This document shows, piece by piece, positions 28,385-37,554 of a DNA stretch of 64,000 nt. The DNA is taken from the NCBI GenBank assembly GCA_041178065.1, contig JBEGWB010000155.1, positions 1,497 through 65,496 on the forward strand, written 5' to 3'. The translations under genes were made by a program, and so were the position numbers. Below the pieces are notes generated by a model, which worked only from the letters and a program-made list of their open reading frames with translations, made no database searches and was not told the DNA's origin. This stretch comes from Pseudomonadota bacterium (GTDB taxonomy: Bacteria > Pseudomonadota > Gammaproteobacteria > Pseudomonadales > Pseudohongiellaceae). How positions within the stretch are numbered: position 1 is the stretch's first letter; the number at the start of each line of letters is the position of its first letter.

Positions 28385-30796
28385 TCAATAATCGACGCGC
28401 AGCGTGACCCCAAAAGACCGCGGTTGCTGCAGCATGCTCTGGTAGCTGGCATCGCCGGGGTACAGCGTCAGTACGGCGTCGTAGTTGACGACGGTTACAT
28501 CGTTAACATTGTCGCCCCACAACACCAGCTCATAAGCGCCGCGCGTCAGGCCCGCCCGCACGCTGAGCCAGTGATAGGCCTGCTGGGTCAGGCGTGGATC
28601 GTTATTGGCGTTCGTGTTGTAGTCATCCGTCCACGACCAGTCGGCACGCAGGTTCAGTCTGCCCCAGGATTGCGACGCCTCGTATTGCAGCCCGGCATGT
28701 GTCTTCCATTCCGGCGCATTGACTGGATGCTTGCCGCTGAGGTCGCAGGCGCCATTGTTCAGAGGACTGTCGGGCCTGCGGCCGAAGTAGCAGGGCGCAT
28801 TAAAATTGCGGCCATAGACGAGGTCGGCCAGCGACACGGCGAAATCGGCTGTAATGTTATCGGCGACCCGTATAGTGCCTTCGACCTCAAAGCCATCGAC
28901 TGTCACTTCTTCGGCATTGCTGACATTGAACTGCCCGCCAACGAAAGCCGCTTCCTGATAATTGTCGTAGCGCGTGTTGAATACGTTGGCCGCAAGGCGC
29001 CAGCGTCGTCTTGCGCTCTCGAGCTTGATGCCGGCTTCGTAATGCATGACTTCTTCATCGCCGAATTCACGCTGCTCAAGTGGAACGCGGCCGAACGCTG
29101 TGTTAAATCCGCCAGACTTGAAGCCGGTCGCAGCTGTCGCAAAGAGCATCACGTCATCACGCAGGCGCCACTGCGACGTCAACGACCACGTGGCGTTTTG
29201 GGTATCCCTTGCGAGCCCTCCGCCGCTGACGCCCATGGGTGCGAGCACGCGGGTTAACACGCTAGGGGTGGGGCTGTTGGTCCATTGGAGAACGCCCGCA
29301 TCCTTGCCTTCGGTCTGCCAGCGCGCGCCAGCGGTGAGCCTGAACTGCTCCGACACATTCCACGTTGCCTGGGCAAACACCGCGGCATAGTCAGTTTCCT
29401 GCCATGCATCCAGAAATCCCAACTGGCCGGAAGCCGCAAGCGGCAGGGGCACAGGGAAGTTAAGGACGCGCTGGGTGAGCGCGCTGACTGCGGGATGATC
29501 ACTGAAGCGGCCGGCGCTGAAGGAAGGGCTGTTGCCGCGATCGCCGCGTCGGAATTCGTTGTCGTACAGGAATACACCTGTCATCCATTCGAGGGTCTGG
29601 CCCTGCAGCGATTCGAGCCGCAGTTCCTGCTGCCACGACTCACCATATTGGCTGTCATGAAATTGCAGCAACGGTGCCTGCAGCTGTGCCATGTCGCCGA
29701 TGGTGCTGCGGAAATTCAGCTTGTCCCACGAGGTTAACGAGTGCAGCGACCAACCATTGGCGAATTCGTGCTCCGCCAGCAGCGTGAGGTCGCGCATGTC
29801 GACGCTCGTGGGCGAAGGTTGCGCGATGCAGGTGATGCGATTGTGGGGGTCGTTGTCTGTGCAGGTGTCGGAAACGCCGGCGGCACGCAGGATCGGCAAC
29901 ACGCTCCTGCCGATGCCAGCCGGATCGTAATAGATATCGGGCACTTCACGGTTGTTGTCTTCGCGCGCAAGGTTGGCGATGAGGCGCCACTGGATCGTGT
30001 CCGGCGAGCCCCACTGCAAGGTACCGCGCAGGCTGCGACGCCCGGTGTCATTCGAGGGCGCCCCGCCCTTGATGAGCGCCTCATCGAAGATCGGGCCGGA
30101 CTCTGTCGTTGCAATGCCGAGGCCGCCACGCAGCGTCTCGGCCAGCGGTCCGGCGATGTGACCGCGAAACTGGCGGTGCGATGCATCGTTTGCGCCGTCG
30201 ATCAGGCCGGCGGTCAGTTCAGCACGTAGCGAGAGCACCTCAGGCGGCGCCTGTGTATGGATCGCAACGACCCCGCCGGTCGTATTCTTGCCATGCAAGG
30301 TACTCTGCGGACCGCGTAGTACCTCGACTCGCTCGAGGTCAAAGAATTCGCCGGACGCGAACACTGGACGCGTGCGGAATGCCCCGTCGACAAAGAGACC
30401 AACGGCAGGTTCGAAGTTAGGAATCGTGCCGATGTTGCCGACGCGGCGCAGGCGCAAGCTGGTCGTGATCGAGCTCGTACTGGACTGCACTTCCAGCATC
30501 GGTATCTGGCGTGCGACGTCGTTGAGCGTCTGCACGCCAGCCTGCCGCAGCAGTGCCGCCGTCAGCACTGATACTGGCACCGGTACATCTTGCAGCAACT
30601 GTCGGCGCTTTTGCGCAGTGACGACGACTTCTTCGATGCTGGCATCCTGCGCGGCAAGAATGGGGCAGTGCAACAGGCCAAGGGCAAGTGTGAGGTTTTT
30701 GAATGGGATGACCCACTGGTCTGGAAACGATATGTGTAAACGTGCGGCACTTTCTGAATCTGACATCGGTGGTACTTGCTCTCCCGCGTGTTGCAT
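28385..30796 (-). CDS. TonB-dependent receptor
   Basis: Plug motifs EEVVVTAQKRRQ and LRGPQSTLHGKNTTGGVV. C-terminus GVTLRVDY. The start is uncertain (30796 or ATG 30766). Confidence 0.85.
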   Translation of the reverse strand: MQHAGEQVPPMSDSESAARLHISFPDQWVIPFKNLTLALGLLHCPILAAQDASIEEVVVTAQKRRQLLQDVPVPVSVLTAALLRQAGVQTLNDVARQIPMLEVQSSTSSITTSLRLRRVGNIGTIPNFEPAVGLFVDGAFRTRPVFASGEFFDLERVEVLRGPQSTLHGKNTTGGVVAIHTQAPPEVLSLRAELTAGLIDGANDASHRQFRGHIAGPLAETLRGGLGIATTESGPIFDEALIKGGAPSNDTGRRSLRGTLQWGSPDTIQWRLIANLAREDNNREVPDIYYDPAGIGRSVLPILRAAGVSDTCTDNDPHNRITCIAQPSPTSVDMRDLTLLAEHEFANGWSLHSLTSWDKLNFRSTIGDMAQLQAPLLQFHDSQYGESWQQELRLESLQGQTLEWMTGVFLYDNEFRRGDRGNSPSFSAGRFSDHPAVSALTQRVLNFPVPLPLAASGQLGFLDAWQETDYAAVFAQATWNVSEQFRLTAGARWQTEGKDAGVLQWTNSPTPSVLTRVLAPMGVSGGGLARDTQNATWSLTSQWRLRDDVMLFATAATGFKSGGFNTAFGRVPLEQREFGDEEVMHYEAGIKLESARRRWRLAANVFNTRYDNYQEAAFVGGQFNVSNAEEVTVDGFEVEGTIRVADNITADFAVSLADLVYGRNFNAPCYFGRRPDSPLNNGACDLSGKHPVNAPEWKTHAGLQYEASQSWGRLNLRADWSWTDDYNTNANNDPRLTQQAYHWLSVRAGLTRGAYELVLWGDNVNDVTVVNYDAVLTLYPGDASYQSMLQQPRSFGVTLRVDY

Positions 30797-31111
30797 GGCT
30801 TGCTACGACATCTTCGTGGGGATGCCGCTGGCGCGGCGCGCATGCTACTGAAGTTCCTGTGTCTCCGTCCGAACTTTTTGTCCGGTTGTCCCCTTGAAAG
30901 CGGCTGCGAATAGGGATACGGCAGACAATGATTCCCATTGCAGGACTTTGCCGATCCAGTTGCGTAAATACAAACCCATAAGCAAGCGGTGTGGGACTTC
31001 AGCTAACAAGACGGGCGCCCCATCATGGTGCGCGCGGACTGTAGATACCGTAGGTAGCGAAACTTGGTGTGGGTTGTCATCGGGGGCAGGAGTTCGCAGA
31101 AGCCCGCTCCG

Positions 31112-32767
31112 TCAGCTGTGCAGTATTCCGCCTTCGAGCACGGTCAGCTGCGGGCGTGTCTTGTCCGATTGATAAACGACGGAGCGGTTGCGTCCGTTCT
31201 GCTTCGCCTGGTACAGCGCTTTGTCGGCGTGCTGGATCAGTTCTTCGAGCGTTTCTTCGCGCGTGCGGCTGGCGACACCGATGCTGATCGTCAGTGGTCG
31301 TTTGCCGATCACGTCGACCTGCATCAACTCCACGCGCATACGAATGCGCTCTGACAGCGCCAGCGCATGGCGCGGGTCGGCGCCGGCGGCCAGGATCAGG
31401 AATTCTTCGCCGCCAACCCTGCCAACGGCGTCGGACTGGCGCAGGATCGTCTGCAACACGAAGGCAAACTCGCACAGCACCGTATCGCCCGCCGCGTGGC
31501 CAAAGGTGTCGTTGATCGATTTAAAATGGTCGATGTCGAGGACCATGCAGGAGAAGGGTTCGCCGGCGCGCTGCGTACGATGCCATTCGCGCGTGCCGCA
31601 TTCCATGATTGCGCGGCGGTTTGGTAACTGCGTCAGTTCATCGGTCACGGCAAGCGCATGCAGCTTGCGCGCCATGGCGCGGCTGCGCTTGTACATGAAT
31701 AGCACGAGCATCAGCACGACGCCGCCGAGCAGCAGTACGAGATACTGCAGGTTCTCCACCATGCGCCGGTGCGCGAGTTCCTCCTGCTGATTGGCGCTGA
31801 GCGTTTGCAGGCGCGCGTTGTCGTCGGCATAGCGGCGTGTGTCGATTTCGAACTGCAAGCGTTGTGTCGTATCGTTACCCTGCTGATTGAGCTGCGTCTG
31901 CAGCAGGTCGGTGTAGGCACGCTGCGCGATCAGGGCCTTTTCCCACTGTCCGAGTTTTTCCAGCGCCAGGCTCAGACCACGGTAGGTACGCAACAAGGGC
32001 GAGTTCAGGCCGAGATCCGCCAGCACCGGCAGCGCCACATAATAATATTCGGCGGCCTGCCGTGGCTTTCCCTGGTCGAGCGCGAGATCGCCGAGATTGC
32101 GCTGCACCATGGCTGCTTGCGCCGTGTCGCCGAGTTCGCGGAATCCCGCCAGCGCGGCTTCGAGGTAGGCGCGTGCGCCAGCGAGGTCGACTTGCGCCTG
32201 CGCATTTACGCCGAGCGCTTTCAGTGTGTACGCCACGCCCGACCTGTCGTCGAGCTGTTTGCTGAGTTCGAGTGCGCGTTCGAAATGGCTGGTCGCTTCG
32301 GCGTACCGGGCGCCGCTGGCGGCGACGTGCCCAAGGTTGAATAGCGATACCGACAAGCCTGCGCGGTCTTCGTTGTCGGTGTCGAGCTCGACCAAGTCCG
32401 TGAAATAGCGCTCGGCAAGGTCGAGCTGGCCGGTGTTGTAGTGCAGGTTCGCAAGCGAATTCAGCACTTTGCGGGCCAGCGCCGATTCGCGCGGATCGCC
32501 GGCGAGCAGCCACACTTCGTTCAGCAGCGCGATCGCTTCGTCGTAGCGATTTTGCGCCATGTAGCCTTCAGCGCGCGCAAGGAGTTCAGTCAACTCGGCC
32601 TGCACGTCAGCGGCGGTATCGACCGAGGCAGTGCTCTGGCCCGGATCAGCGGCACACACCGTCAACGACGGCGCCAGCAAGGCCAGCGTCAACGGCAGTG
32701 CGCGCCACAGCGTAAAGCGGGACAGCGAAATGACAGGGGCGCTGACTCTGGGCACTCGCTTGCGCAT
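31112..32767 (-). CDS. Periplasmic-TPR / TM / GGDEF diguanylate cyclase
   Basis: Signal peptide, repeated TPR-like helices and the TM segment LVLLLGGVVLMLVLFMY. GGEEF active site with an RQSD I-site five residues upstream. Confidence 0.85.
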   Translation of the reverse strand: MRKRVPRVSAPVISLSRFTLWRALPLTLALLAPSLTVCAADPGQSTASVDTAADVQAELTELLARAEGYMAQNRYDEAIALLNEVWLLAGDPRESALARKVLNSLANLHYNTGQLDLAERYFTDLVELDTDNEDRAGLSVSLFNLGHVAASGARYAEATSHFERALELSKQLDDRSGVAYTLKALGVNAQAQVDLAGARAYLEAALAGFRELGDTAQAAMVQRNLGDLALDQGKPRQAAEYYYVALPVLADLGLNSPLLRTYRGLSLALEKLGQWEKALIAQRAYTDLLQTQLNQQGNDTTQRLQFEIDTRRYADDNARLQTLSANQQEELAHRRMVENLQYLVLLLGGVVLMLVLFMYKRSRAMARKLHALAVTDELTQLPNRRAIMECGTREWHRTQRAGEPFSCMVLDIDHFKSINDTFGHAAGDTVLCEFAFVLQTILRQSDAVGRVGGEEFLILAAGADPRHALALSERIRMRVELMQVDVIGKRPLTISIGVASRTREETLEELIQHADKALYQAKQNGRNRSVVYQSDKTRPQLTVLEGGILHS

Positions 32768-32788
32768 GTGTGGGCTTGAGCAGCGGCG

Positions 32789-33604
32789 TTAGAAGCTGGC
32801 CGCTGCCTCCATGTCGATGTTGTCGAAACCATCGGTCATGCCGAGTTTGACGAAGGCCGGGATGGCGCTCAGTTCGCCGGCCTGGTCAAGCTTGCCCTTG
32901 TTCTTCGCGCTTTGCAGGTTCGCCACGATGATCAGGTCGACGTAGTCGGGACGCGCGCCGGAATCGTATTTCAGGTTCTCGTGTTCAGCGGCAACTTTCA
33001 CGAGCGTTTCGGGGAAGTTCCAGTGACGCAGGATTGCCTTGCCGAGCTCGGTGTGCGCACGTTCCACGAGACGGTCGAGTTTGACTTCGTCGCGCAGCAG
33101 CACGGGATATTCTTCGGCCAGGGTCAGCACAGGCAGCACGCCAATGTCGTGCACGAGGCCCGCGAGCATCGCCTGGTCCGCCTGCAGGTGGGGATGCTGG
33201 TGACTGATCGCCATTGCGATCGACGACACTTCCGACGCATGTTTCCAGCACGCGCGCAGCTTGCGGTCGGTGATTTCAGTAGTCGCCTGGAACAACTGCT
33301 CCATGACGAGCGCGGTAACGATGTTGCGGATCATCGCGCCACCCATGCGCATGACGGCCATCTCGACCGACTCGATGCGCGAGCGCGCGCCAAGCACGGG
33401 GCTGTTGGCAATCTGGATCAGGCGCGCCGAAAGCGCGGGATCCTTGATGACCGCTCGCGCCACGTCCCCGAGCGAACGCTCTGGATCACTAACAATGTCG
33501 CGGATTTTCAGTGCCATTTCGGGCAGCGTCGGCAGGACAAGTTCGTCCTTGCGCAGCGCTGTGAATAGCCGGTTCAGGAATTCATTCTCTAATGCTTCGC
33601 TCAT
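32789..33604 (-). CDS. HDOD domain protein
   Basis: LPTLPEMALKIRD...GLVHDIGVL pattern of HDOD. Its stop lies 21 nt before the GGDEF gene start. Confidence 0.8.
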   Translation of the reverse strand: MSEALENEFLNRLFTALRKDELVLPTLPEMALKIRDIVSDPERSLGDVARAVIKDPALSARLIQIANSPVLGARSRIESVEMAVMRMGGAMIRNIVTALVMEQLFQATTEITDRKLRACWKHASEVSSIAMAISHQHPHLQADQAMLAGLVHDIGVLPVLTLAEEYPVLLRDEVKLDRLVERAHTELGKAILRHWNFPETLVKVAAEHENLKYDSGARPDYVDLIIVANLQSAKNKGKLDQAGELSAIPAFVKLGMTDGFDNIDMEAAASF

Positions 33605-33913
33605 GGGGCCCCCAACAGGTCGGATTCGTCATTTATTTACGACGCCGCGGGGAAAACATTTAGGAGTTTTTTGCCTTCGAAAGCAGGCGGACAGGCCCTG
33701 CTGGCGCCAGGTCGGCAAGACGAGCGGAAACGGGCGGGCTGGGCATTGCAGGCAACTACCGGAATCGCGTTGCGATTGGCGGCGATCATGCAGTATGCGG
33801 GGCTTCGGGCCTGGGCGACCGGGTTGCTCTCCCGGCCCGGGATGCAGTGCCGGAGTGTGCACCTTATATGGGAGGCGACACTGCGGCGCTGGTGCCGGCG
33901 CTGGCGAGCCGGG

Positions 33914-34822
33914 TCAGTTGTTCAGCAGGTTGCCCGGAGAGTACTGGTCGGTCAGCACCCGGGCATTGGTATTCCAGTCTTCGCCCTCGTCCATGTACTG
34001 CGTGAATTCGGTGACATCCATGCCGAAGCGTTGCAGGCGCTCGCGGAAGGCGGGCGCACGTGCTTCGAGCGTCGCCTTGTCCGGCAAGGGTTGCATCGAT
34101 GCGACGATGATGCGGTTGCCGGTACCGACTTGGCGGATGTTGTAGATCTCGCCAAATACGGCGCTGTATGTCACCGATTCAGCGTCGTACAGGCGGCTCG
34201 ACGAAAAGGTGTTCGCCACGACCATGCCGTTTTCCGGCAACAGCAGCTTCACTTCTTCGAGGAATTCACGTGTCAGCAGATGCTCGGGAATGTATTCGCC
34301 ATTGAAGGCGTCGAGGATCACGAGGTCGTACTTCTCGCCGCGCAGGCCGGCACGCTTGATCTGCACGCGGGCGTCGACCGCTTCAACCTTGATCCGCTCG
34401 CTCTGCTTGAAATCAAAGAAGCGTTCGGCGACGTTGACGACGGCGCCATCGATTTCGGACACCATGATCTCGGCATTGGGGAACAGCTTGCTGTAGGTAT
34501 GCACGAGCGTACCGCCGCCAAGGCCAACGATAAGGATGCGCTGCGGGTTGTCCTGGATCAGCAGCGTCGACAGCACGAGCTTCGCGTAGGGAAACACGAG
34601 CTTGTCGTGGTCGTCGAGAAAATGACAGCTCTGGTTCTGGCCGCTCGTTGCCGTCACGGTAAAACGCATGCAACGGCGCTCGTCGTCTTCGGTGACAAGG
34701 ATGTTGCGATACAGCGAACGTTCCTGATGGATCTGGCGCAAGGTGCCTTTCTGGGCGAAGGCGGGCGTGGCGAACGTCGGCAGGATGAGGGCGGCGAGGA
34801 GGCAGGTCAGCGTCGATTTCAT
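33914..34822 (-). CDS. Spermidine-synthase-like SAM-dependent transferase with signal peptide
   Basis: MKSTLTCLLAALILPTFATPAFA-Q. ILIVGLGGGTL (SAM-binding loop) and YDLVILDAFNGEYIPEHL. ATG 34822 chosen; the track ORF extends to 34909. Confidence 0.7.
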   Translation of the reverse strand: MKSTLTCLLAALILPTFATPAFAQKGTLRQIHQERSLYRNILVTEDDERRCMRFTVTATSGQNQSCHFLDDHDKLVFPYAKLVLSTLLIQDNPQRILIVGLGGGTLVHTYSKLFPNAEIMVSEIDGAVVNVAERFFDFKQSERIKVEAVDARVQIKRAGLRGEKYDLVILDAFNGEYIPEHLLTREFLEEVKLLLPENGMVVANTFSSSRLYDAESVTYSAVFGEIYNIRQVGTGNRIIVASMQPLPDKATLEARAPAFRERLQRFGMDVTEFTQYMDEGEDWNTNARVLTDQYSPGNLLNN

Positions 34823-34984
34823 AAAGCGTTGGCCGGTTGAAAAACGAGAGGGCCATGATAACCCATCAAGCGCGAATGCGTCCTCGCGGCCGCTGGCGCG
34901 ACATGGCAAGAACCCGCCGCGCCGAACTCGACCGGGTACTTGCCAGGCGAGTCGTTTGTTGCGGAGGTGTTGCCAGAGGTGGTG

Positions 34985-35599
34985 CTAGATGTTGCTGCGA
35001 TTCGCCACGACGGCGAGACCGCCCGAGAGCGCAAGCACGAGCGCCATCGTGATCAGGATCTGGTTCACTTCAAACCAAAGCACCAGATAGAAGGAGGTCG
35101 CCAGCGTACCGAGCGCGCTGCCGAGCGTCGAGGTGAAGTACAGCGTCCCCGCCACATGCCCGCTACGTTCACGGTCGGCGACGAGCAGTCGCACGGAATA
35201 AGGCGCGATCATGCCGAGCACGGCCGTCGGCAGGAAGAACAGTAGCATCGACACCAGCAGCGAGCCATAGCGTGGGTCCTCGACGCGGATGAACAGGGCA
35301 TCCATGATCTGGTTACCCCAGAGGATCAGGGGCAGCAGCATGACCGCGGCGACGATATAGAACATGCCATAGCGCCCCAGCGTTGGCGCATGCACCGACA
35401 GCCGGCCCCCAACCAGGTACCCGATCGACAGCGACAGCATGAACACCGTAATGATCGAGCCCCACACATAAATACTACTCCCGAAATATGGCGCCAGAAT
35501 GCGCCCCCCCAGCAGCTCGATCGACATGATGATGAAGCCACTGATGAAGGCCAGGGAAAGCACTAGCGTGTTATGCAGCGAGGGATGTTGGCTTGGCAT
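34985..35599 (-). CDS. Polytopic membrane protein resembling the N-terminal membrane domain of fused MFS/spermidine synthases
   Basis: About 6 hydrophobic helices. IELLGGRILAPYFGSSIYVWGSIITVFMLSLSIGYLVGGRL. Lies upstream of the spermidine-synthase-like gene on the same strand. Confidence 0.6.
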   Translation of the reverse strand: MPSQHPSLHNTLVLSLAFISGFIIMSIELLGGRILAPYFGSSIYVWGSIITVFMLSLSIGYLVGGRLSVHAPTLGRYGMFYIVAAVMLLPLILWGNQIMDALFIRVEDPRYGSLLVSMLLFFLPTAVLGMIAPYSVRLLVADRERSGHVAGTLYFTSTLGSALGTLATSFYLVLWFEVNQILITMALVLALSGGLAVVANRSNI

Positions 35600-35796
35600 T
35601 TTGTTGTCCTTTGTAAGGGCCGCGAGTATAGCAATAAAAGGCGTTTTGCCTGTGCGCACTGGTTACTAATGCGAGTTGCGTGGTCGCTCGCTTGAGTTCC
35701 GAATGAGCGCCGGATTTGACTGTGCGCTTGGCATCGGCCCCTGGCGGATACAGTCGCGCGTTCGGGTGGGGATTGGATTTGCGCAAATAGGGTCGC

Positions 35797-35859
35797 AAAT
35801 GGGGTCAGAGCCCATTTAGCGATGCGTCTTAACAAAACAAATGGGCTCTGACCCCATTT
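35797..35859. repeat. Two family A hairpin repeats in opposite core orientation
   Basis: 35797-35817 is AAATGGG-GTCAGAG-CCCATTT. 35839-35859 is AAATGGG-CTCTGAC-CCCATTT. Both are followed by AGC. They lie in a divergent intergenic region. Confidence 0.9.
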
Positions 35860-35961
35860 AGCTATAAGCGCACCATCACGCACAACCTAACCCGCTGGGC
35901 CCCGACAAGGCGCATGCTATGATCGACCCCGGACCCACCTGCGAACAAACAAGGAGAACGC

Positions 35962-36960
35962 ATGGATATCGTAAGCTGGATAGTGCTGCTGGTACTGGTT
36001 ATCGTCCTGTTGAATTCATCGATCAAATTCGTTCCGCAAAACCGAGCCTATGTCGTCGAACGCTTCGGCAAGTTTCATTCGACACGCGAGGCCGGCCTCA
36101 ACTTCATCGTGCCCTTCATCGACCGCATCGCCGCAGACCGCTCGCTGAAGGAACAGGCGATCGACGTACCGAGCCAGAGCGGGATCACGAAGGACAACAT
36201 TTCCCTGAGCGTCGACGGCGTCCTGTATTTTCGCGTGCTGGATCCGTACAAGGCCACCTACGGTGTCGACAACTACATTTTCGCGGTAACGCAGCTCGCG
36301 CAGACCACGATGCGCTCCGAGCTCGGCAAGATGGAACTCGACAAGACCTTCGAAGAACGCAGCCACCTCAATAACAATATCGTCAATGCGATCAACGAAG
36401 CCTCGGCGGCCTGGGGCATCCAGGTGATGCGCTACGAGATCAAGGACATCGTGCCGCCGGCCTCCATCATGGATGCCATGGAAGCGCAGATGAAGGCAGA
36501 GCGCGTCAAGCGCGCGCAGATTCTCGAGTCGGAGGGCGATCGCCAGGCCGCGATCAACCGTGCCGAAGGCAACAAGGCTTCAGTCGTACTGGCCGCGGAA
36601 GCTGAAAAGGAACAGCAGGTGCTGAAGGCGCAGGGCGAAGCGCAGGCGATACTCGCCGTCGCGGGCGCGCAGGCCGAAGCGCTGAAGACAGTTGGCGACG
36701 CCGCCAATACCGAAGAGGGCCAGCGCGCGATCCAGCTCGACCTCGCGACGAAAGCAATTGCCGCGAAAGAAGCCATCGCGCGGGAATCGACGATCGTGCT
36801 GTTGCCCGACGCCGGTACCGATCCGGCGAGCGTGGTGGCGCAGGCGATGACGATCATCAATCAACTCAATGCGCGGCAGGTCGACAGGATGGACCCACGG
36901 CCCGATGGGAACACGGATGGCAGAATGGGAGGGCGCAACAGTGGCCTGGTTAACCGATAA
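35962..36960 (+). CDS. SPFH/band-7 (stomatin/QmcA-like) membrane protein
   Basis: N-terminal TM, then VPQNRAYVVERFGKF...TKDN..L.VDGVLYFRV.DP. Followed by a coiled Ala/Glu-rich region. RBS AAGGAGA. Confidence 0.88.
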   Translation: MDIVSWIVLLVLVIVLLNSSIKFVPQNRAYVVERFGKFHSTREAGLNFIVPFIDRIAADRSLKEQAIDVPSQSGITKDNISLSVDGVLYFRVLDPYKATYGVDNYIFAVTQLAQTTMRSELGKMELDKTFEERSHLNNNIVNAINEASAAWGIQVMRYEIKDIVPPASIMDAMEAQMKAERVKRAQILESEGDRQAAINRAEGNKASVVLAAEAEKEQQVLKAQGEAQAILAVAGAQAEALKTVGDAANTEEGQRAIQLDLATKAIAAKEAIARESTIVLLPDAGTDPASVVAQAMTIINQLNARQVDRMDPRPDGNTDGRMGGRNSGLVNR

Positions 36961-37393
36961 CATCATCACACTGCTCGTCATCAGCGGCATTGCGCTGCTC
37001 GCGATCGAGCTCGGCGTCTTCGGCTTCTCCCTGTTTCTGTTGTTCTTCATCGGGCTCGCCTGCCTCATCACGAGCCTGTGCATGGCGATCGGCATCCTGC
37101 CCGCAACGCTTACCGTCGCGATCGGTAGCGTCTCCGTGTTCAGCCTCGCGTTTGCGTTTGCGCTGTGGAAGCCTCTGAAGAAAATGCAGAACAGTAGCAA
37201 GGGGCAGCAGGTCAGCAGCGATTTCATCGGCCACAGCTTTGTGCTTGAGCGCGATCTTCCCCTCGGTGCGCGCGGCAAGCACCGCATGTCGGGCGTCGAG
37301 TGGAAAGTACGCAGCGAGATGCCACTGGTTGCCGGCACGCAGGTGCAGGTCGTCGAAGTGGAAGTAGGCGAGCTGACGGTCGCGCCGAAGTAG
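36917..37393 (+). CDS. NfeD-family membrane protein (partner of SPFH protein)
   Basis: Three hydrophobic helices, then a C-terminal OB-like segment GHSFVLERDL...GKHRMSGVEWKVRSE...GTQVQVVEVEVGELTV. Overlaps the SPFH gene 3' end. GTG 36941 with GGGAGGG upstream is an alternative start. Confidence 0.75.
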   Translation: MAEWEGATVAWLTDNIITLLVISGIALLAIELGVFGFSLFLLFFIGLACLITSLCMAIGILPATLTVAIGSVSVFSLAFAFALWKPLKKMQNSSKGQQVSSDFIGHSFVLERDLPLGARGKHRMSGVEWKVRSEMPLVAGTQVQVVEVEVGELTVAPK

Positions 37394-37508
37394 CGCCAGA
37401 ATTACCTTGCCGGGACGAGGCGGGAAATGAGTCAGAGTAAGCTCAGACGCTTGCCTGCAATGGCCTCATGCCGGCCAGCGGAACCGGGTTATTCCCTGCC
37501 CATCGGTC

Positions 37509-37554
37509 CAACTTACTCGGACCTTTTGATCAACTTACTCTGACCCCTTTGATC
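37509..37554 (+). repeat. Family B repeats (one degenerate plus one intact) at the 3' end of queG
   Basis: 37528-37554 is GATCAACTTACTCTGACCCCTTTGATC. It is preceded by the degenerate CAACTTACTCGGACCTTTTGATC. The last codons and the stop of queG lie inside the element. Confidence 0.85.

Noticed and set aside
30905-30960. Plus-strand AATAGGGATACGGCAGACAATGATTCCC resembling the GGGAA...GGTG...TCC core of a cobalamin riboswitch
   Set aside because: It is on the wrong strand relative to the only downstream gene (the receptor is on the minus strand). No B12 box or GCCACTG element was seen.
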